Origin: a virus | Strand: one strand, 5' to 3' | Length of the DNA stretch: 64,000 nucleotides | IMG/VR virus record: IMGVR_UViG_3300042882_000881 | Location: 32,001-96,000 of that record | Shown here: piece by piece, positions 60,378 to 64,000 of the stretch | How positions within the stretch are numbered: the first letter of the stretch is position 1 | Layout: each line of letters begins with the position of its first letter | Made by a program: the position numbers and the translations under genes | The notes under the pieces: model-generated | Seen by the model: the letters and a program-made list of their open reading frames with translations, nothing else | Told to the model about the DNA's origin: nothing | Database searches by the model: none

Positions 60378-61015
60378 ATTTTTTTAATTCCTTTATTTAG
60401 TTTTTTCCATTTATTATTAACATTGTCCCAACATACCAACAGATTCTTATTTATTAAACACGCATCACTGTTATTGTATTTAAATAAATTTGTATTTGGA
60501 TTTATTATATATGTATTATTATTATAATATATTTCCTTCTTTTTATAAAAGTATGATTTCAGAAAATCTATAAAATTATCATCTAGATCATTGAAACATA
60601 AGAAAGTGCAAGATGAAGTCTTACAATTCACACAACCAATATTAGCAAGATGGCATATATTGCCGAATGTCTTATGATCTGATATAGAATTTTTTCTTAT
60701 AAATTCATTTATTGAAAGATTTTTTTCTTTGATCGTTATTGATTTTTTAGGAAATAGAACTATTGATTTTTTATGATGACATGGTAGAAAGAATATGTCA
60801 TTAAGATATTTTTTATTAAATAGTTTATCTATATTTATTAGACAATATCTATTTACAATTAAATTTATATCACACAAAGAGATATCTTTTAGCTTAGAAG
60901 CATCATTTATGATACTAATTTCTACATCATCCCTGTCAGCTATTTGTGCTGTTAAAAAACTAATAAATGGTATAAAATTTATATGTTGTTTATTAACTAA
61001 AATTCCTAATTTCAT
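60371..61015 (-). CDS. Hypothetical protein
   Basis: 214-aa AT-rich ORF. Confidence 0.5.
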   Translation of the reverse strand: MKLGILVNKQHINFIPFISFLTAQIADRDDVEISIINDASKLKDISLCDINLIVNRYCLINIDKLFNKKYLNDIFFLPCHHKKSIVLFPKKSITIKEKNLSINEFIRKNSISDHKTFGNICHLANIGCVNCKTSSCTFLCFNDLDDNFIDFLKSYFYKKKEIYYNNNTYIINPNTNLFKYNNSDACLINKNLLVCWDNVNNKWKKLNKGIKKIC

Positions 61016-61030
61016 TATCCTAAATTTATA

Positions 61031-61501
61031 TTACTTGGTTAGCTTTTTCCATTGCTCTGAATCTGGCCTGTCTTTATCACCTGGTTTTGCAGGTTTATAC
61101 TTCTTGCCTTCTCGTTCTTTTTTCTTTCTAATGTTATCCCATAACCCAGGTTTCGATCCAGCGTCACTATCATTATCGGATCCTTCTGATACGAACATGA
61201 CAAAATCGTGGATCGTTCTCATATAATCCTCAGTAATGGCGATTTTACCCTGTAGCCAGCTTTCTGTCAAGTTTTCTGCTACAGTTGGATCTTCAAGATT
61301 TTCTAATATTCTTTGAGCATGAGACATTATGGCTTTTATGGAACCAACACTCATATCATAAAAATCTTTTTTATATTCCATCATTTCCATGTCTGGACTT
61401 TCAATTTCGATATCTTCTACTTTTAGAAAGTCACCTTCTTCAGCTTTATTTTTAATAATTTCTTTTTGAATATTATTCATTATGGGTCTTAGTCTATCCA
61501 T
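61031..61501 (-). CDS. Hypothetical protein, acidic N-terminus and basic C-terminal module
   Basis: LTESWLQGKIAITEDY; GLWDNIRKKK..PAKPGDKDRP; GGAG RBS. Confidence 0.6.
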   Translation of the reverse strand: MDRLRPIMNNIQKEIIKNKAEEGDFLKVEDIEIESPDMEMMEYKKDFYDMSVGSIKAIMSHAQRILENLEDPTVAENLTESWLQGKIAITEDYMRTIHDFVMFVSEGSDNDSDAGSKPGLWDNIRKKKEREGKKYKPAKPGDKDRPDSEQWKKLTK

Positions 61502-61513
61502 TTTATATCTCCA

Positions 61514-62026
61514 TTACCATGCTTTACAGGACCAGTATTTTGCTTTCCACTTTGGGCCGGGGCTATCACAATTATGTCTTGCTCTAAAACTTTTTCTACG
61601 CTCCGGTATATTTTTCTTTATTTTCATATTTGGATCGCCAAAGTTCACTTTTACAATATTGCCTTTGTCATTCTTAACATAAACACTAGACTTTTTTGGT
61701 CCATCTGGTGTTCTAAAAGGCTTGTTTAGCTGAACCTTCCGTCCTTGGTATTCGGCAGCCTCTGACATGAATATTAAATGACGACCATTTTTTTGATAAG
61801 AACTTCTTCTTTCAAAGTAGTATATCTCATTTGTAACAGGATCTCTATATGCGTATTTTGCAATTGATAAGTCTATTTCTTCTACTTCTTCGCCAAGATC
61901 GAAATATTCTTCATCTTTGGGTATATACATCGTTTCTAAAGACTCAACATATTCTTCTGAACCATACATTTCATTATACAATGAATTCTGAACTTGTTCA
62001 AGTATTGATGATTTAGGTGTTGACAT
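61514..62026 (-). CDS. Conserved phage protein (DUF6321-like basic domain)
   Basis: EYQGRKVQLNKP..GPKK..VYV..VNFGDP..RRKSFRARHNC..YWSC. Confidence 0.7.
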   Translation of the reverse strand: MSTPKSSILEQVQNSLYNEMYGSEEYVESLETMYIPKDEEYFDLGEEVEEIDLSIAKYAYRDPVTNEIYYFERRSSYQKNGRHLIFMSEAAEYQGRKVQLNKPFRTPDGPKKSSVYVKNDKGNIVKVNFGDPNMKIKKNIPERRKSFRARHNCDSPGPKWKAKYWSCKAW

Positions 62027-63104
62027 ATATTATCTCCGCCGTATTATTCCATGAATATTTATTACTAGTATCAATACCATTAGGGTTTGATCTGATATCA
62101 TTATTATACACATATCTCATATGTTCAACAATATTATCTATCTGATTTTGACCTATTTTTGCCCATTGTCCTTGACCAAAGAACCATTTATTATCATTGG
62201 CCAATTCATCATCATCTATATCTACTAAAAATGAATTGTTTTGATCACAATAATGAGTATGTGCTGAATAATTAGTTACTATACATGGTTTATTCATACT
62301 CATAGCTTCCAATATTTCATTATTCCAACCTTCTGCTCTTGATATAAAAACTCCGCAATCACAATCAGCTATAATATTTGCTAAATCATATTGCGTTGGA
62401 AATCTATTAAAGACTTTAATTTTATTAGAGAGTTTGTTGTTATTCACAAGATTGAGCCAAAATCTTGTTTCTGACTCATTTAGGAATGGATTGTGAGGAC
62501 ATAGCCATAATTCTACATTATCATGACTATTAAAAGCTTGTTCAAAACATTGTAATAAAATATCTTGAGATTTTCTTTTTTCCCATTTTCCAATATGAAA
62601 AAATCTATACAAAGAATTAGGTTTTTTTGTGGATTGTTTTCTAAATTGTTGATGACTTTTTAAGGTTGGCAAAAATATTGATCTATCAACACCGAGAGGA
62701 CAAACAATAATAGGTATAGTAACTCCATTTTCAATTAAAACTTGTTTGGACCAATCAGTAGCAGTAAATACATTATCACAGGAATTTATTTGATGAACTT
62801 CTATTTTAGATAAAGTATCTAATTCAAAAAAAGGGAAGCTATAATATGTGCCTTTTCCTACTCTTGATGCTAGATCATGTTGATGCCATATTTTTAATGT
62901 TGATGCATTATAGTCAAAATATTGAGCATTATGAATACATTTTTTAATTACTGATACATCATGATCCGAATTTAGTCCACTAGGTTGATTTCCTATAGGA
63001 AATAACGATACTTCACATTTATTATTTAAATTATGTAATATATTTAATGATGTGATGCCGTATCCAGTATATCCTAATGGACACATTAAATTAATTTTTT
63101 TCAT
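62013..63104 (-). CDS. Glycosyltransferase family 4
   Basis: GYTGYG, GKWEKRK, SRAEGWNNEILEAM. Confidence 0.88.
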   Translation of the reverse strand: MKKINLMCPLGYTGYGITSLNILHNLNNKCEVSLFPIGNQPSGLNSDHDVSVIKKCIHNAQYFDYNASTLKIWHQHDLASRVGKGTYYSFPFFELDTLSKIEVHQINSCDNVFTATDWSKQVLIENGVTIPIIVCPLGVDRSIFLPTLKSHQQFRKQSTKKPNSLYRFFHIGKWEKRKSQDILLQCFEQAFNSHDNVELWLCPHNPFLNESETRFWLNLVNNNKLSNKIKVFNRFPTQYDLANIIADCDCGVFISRAEGWNNEILEAMSMNKPCIVTNYSAHTHYCDQNNSFLVDIDDDELANDNKWFFGQGQWAKIGQNQIDNIVEHMRYVYNNDIRSNPNGIDTSNKYSWNNTAEIIYVNT

Positions 63105-63996
63105 ATATTTTATTATGAGTATTATTTACTTGTATAAATGTTGTTTTTTTACCAAAGTCTTTGATCTTATTAGCTCCGATATATGTACAGGCACTTCTTA
63201 ATCCACCATAAATATCTTGAACAATTTCTTCTGCTTTACCTTTATATGGTACAGTAACACACTTTCCTTCTGCTGTTCTATATTCAGCAACTCCATTGTG
63301 GTGTTTATTCATAGCTTTTTCAGAGCTCATACCATAATATTTTAGAGATATTTTTCTTTTTATATTATCATGTTCTGGATCAATTGGTTGCCAAAATCCA
63401 GGAGCACATGATCCTGCTTCTACTAAATATTCATATTTCCATTCTCCTTCGCACTCATCTGTACCAGCAAATATGCTGCCCAACATGACAAAATCAGCAT
63501 TTGCACCAAATGCCTTACAAATATCGCCGACTACTTTACATCCTCCATCAGAACAAACGTGTCCACCAAGACCATGAGCAGCGTCAGAACATTCCATTAC
63601 AGCACTCAATTGAGGGTATCCAACGCCAGTTTTTAAACGAGTGGTACATACACTACCCGAACCTATACCAACCTTTACTATATCAACTTGACCATGAATA
63701 ATCAATTCTTCTGTCATTTCCTGAGTAACAACATTTCCGGCCATAATAATCGACTCTGGATATAAACTTCTTATTTTATGAGCAATTTTAACAAATTGTT
63801 CTGTGTAGCCATTTGCAACATCCAAACATATATTCGGGGTGGGAAAGTTATATTTATGAATTTGATTAAATACTTCAATTAATTTTTCCAAATCCTTTTG
63901 ACTTGTGCCAATAGAATAAAATGCAAGACTTTTATTTATAACACTAGGATCTGTATAAAAAGCAACATATTCATTAATCTTATAGTGCTTGTGCAA
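63091..63996 (-). CDS. guaC: GMP reductase (5'-truncated by the window)
   Basis: DVANGY, KVGIGSGSVCTTR, SDGG, YGMSS, EGK, GGLRSACTY. Confidence 0.93.
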   Translation of the reverse strand: MHKHYKINEYVAFYTDPSVINKSLAFYSIGTSQKDLEKLIEVFNQIHKYNFPTPNICLDVANGYTEQFVKIAHKIRSLYPESIIMAGNVVTQEMTEELIIHGQVDIVKVGIGSGSVCTTRLKTGVGYPQLSAVMECSDAAHGLGGHVCSDGGCKVVGDICKAFGANADFVMLGSIFAGTDECEGEWKYEYLVEAGSCAPGFWQPIDPEHDNIKRKISLKYYGMSSEKAMNKHHNGVAEYRTAEGKCVTVPYKGKAEEIVQDIYGGLRSACTYIGANKIKDFGKKTTFIQVNNTHNKIYEKN

Positions 63997-64000
63997 ACAT

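Noticed and set aside
1044-63701. Numerous short antisense or nested ORFs in the six-frame track
   Set aside because: They lie within or across well-supported genes, lack RBS and motifs, and look like shadow ORFs
1-64000. Stop-codon reassignment
   Set aside because: Long ORFs tile the window under the standard code, and TAA, TAG and TGA all terminate genes, often in ATGA/TAATG overlaps
1-64000. tRNA, rRNA or structured ncRNA genes
   Set aside because: Intergenic gaps are mostly well under 100 nt and I recognised no cloverleaf or rRNA motifs; a covariance search was not possible

Overview
AT-rich (roughly 30% GC by eye), densely coding 64-kb segment of a large tailed dsDNA phage, read in the standard genetic code. 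The + strand block (1-21.4 kb) is a tail module: tail tube end, putative chaperones, a 3071-aa tape-measure protein (TMP) and Cys-rich baseplate/tip proteins. The - strand block (21.4-64 kb) holds recombination and replication genes (Rad52-like annealer, SSB, split DnaE with an intervening DEDDh exonuclease, Cas4-like nuclease, primase, DnaB, RecA), nucleotide metabolism (NrdJ, dCMP deaminase, dNMP kinase, GMP reductase), PhoH, a glycosyltransferase island, a membrane-protein/papain-peptidase cluster, a fibre, a ClpP-like protease and a sigma factor. The most striking element is a cassette of about 1000 aa inside the TMP. It is bracketed by a duplicated DTVPAxLxPGEFV module and cut by ten [FYL]xxGG motifs into cargo domains: two PD-(D/E)xK nuclease-like, a HAD phosphatase, an ADP-ribosyltransferase-like and an unknown domain. 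This suggests a tail-injected, proteolytically processed effector polyprotein. Other notable items are a circularly permuted FGE/C-type-lectin-fold protein, Cys-clustered virion proteins, an intein-less split DnaE and two recurrent promoter motifs. All calls come from motif recognition by eye; no searches were run.
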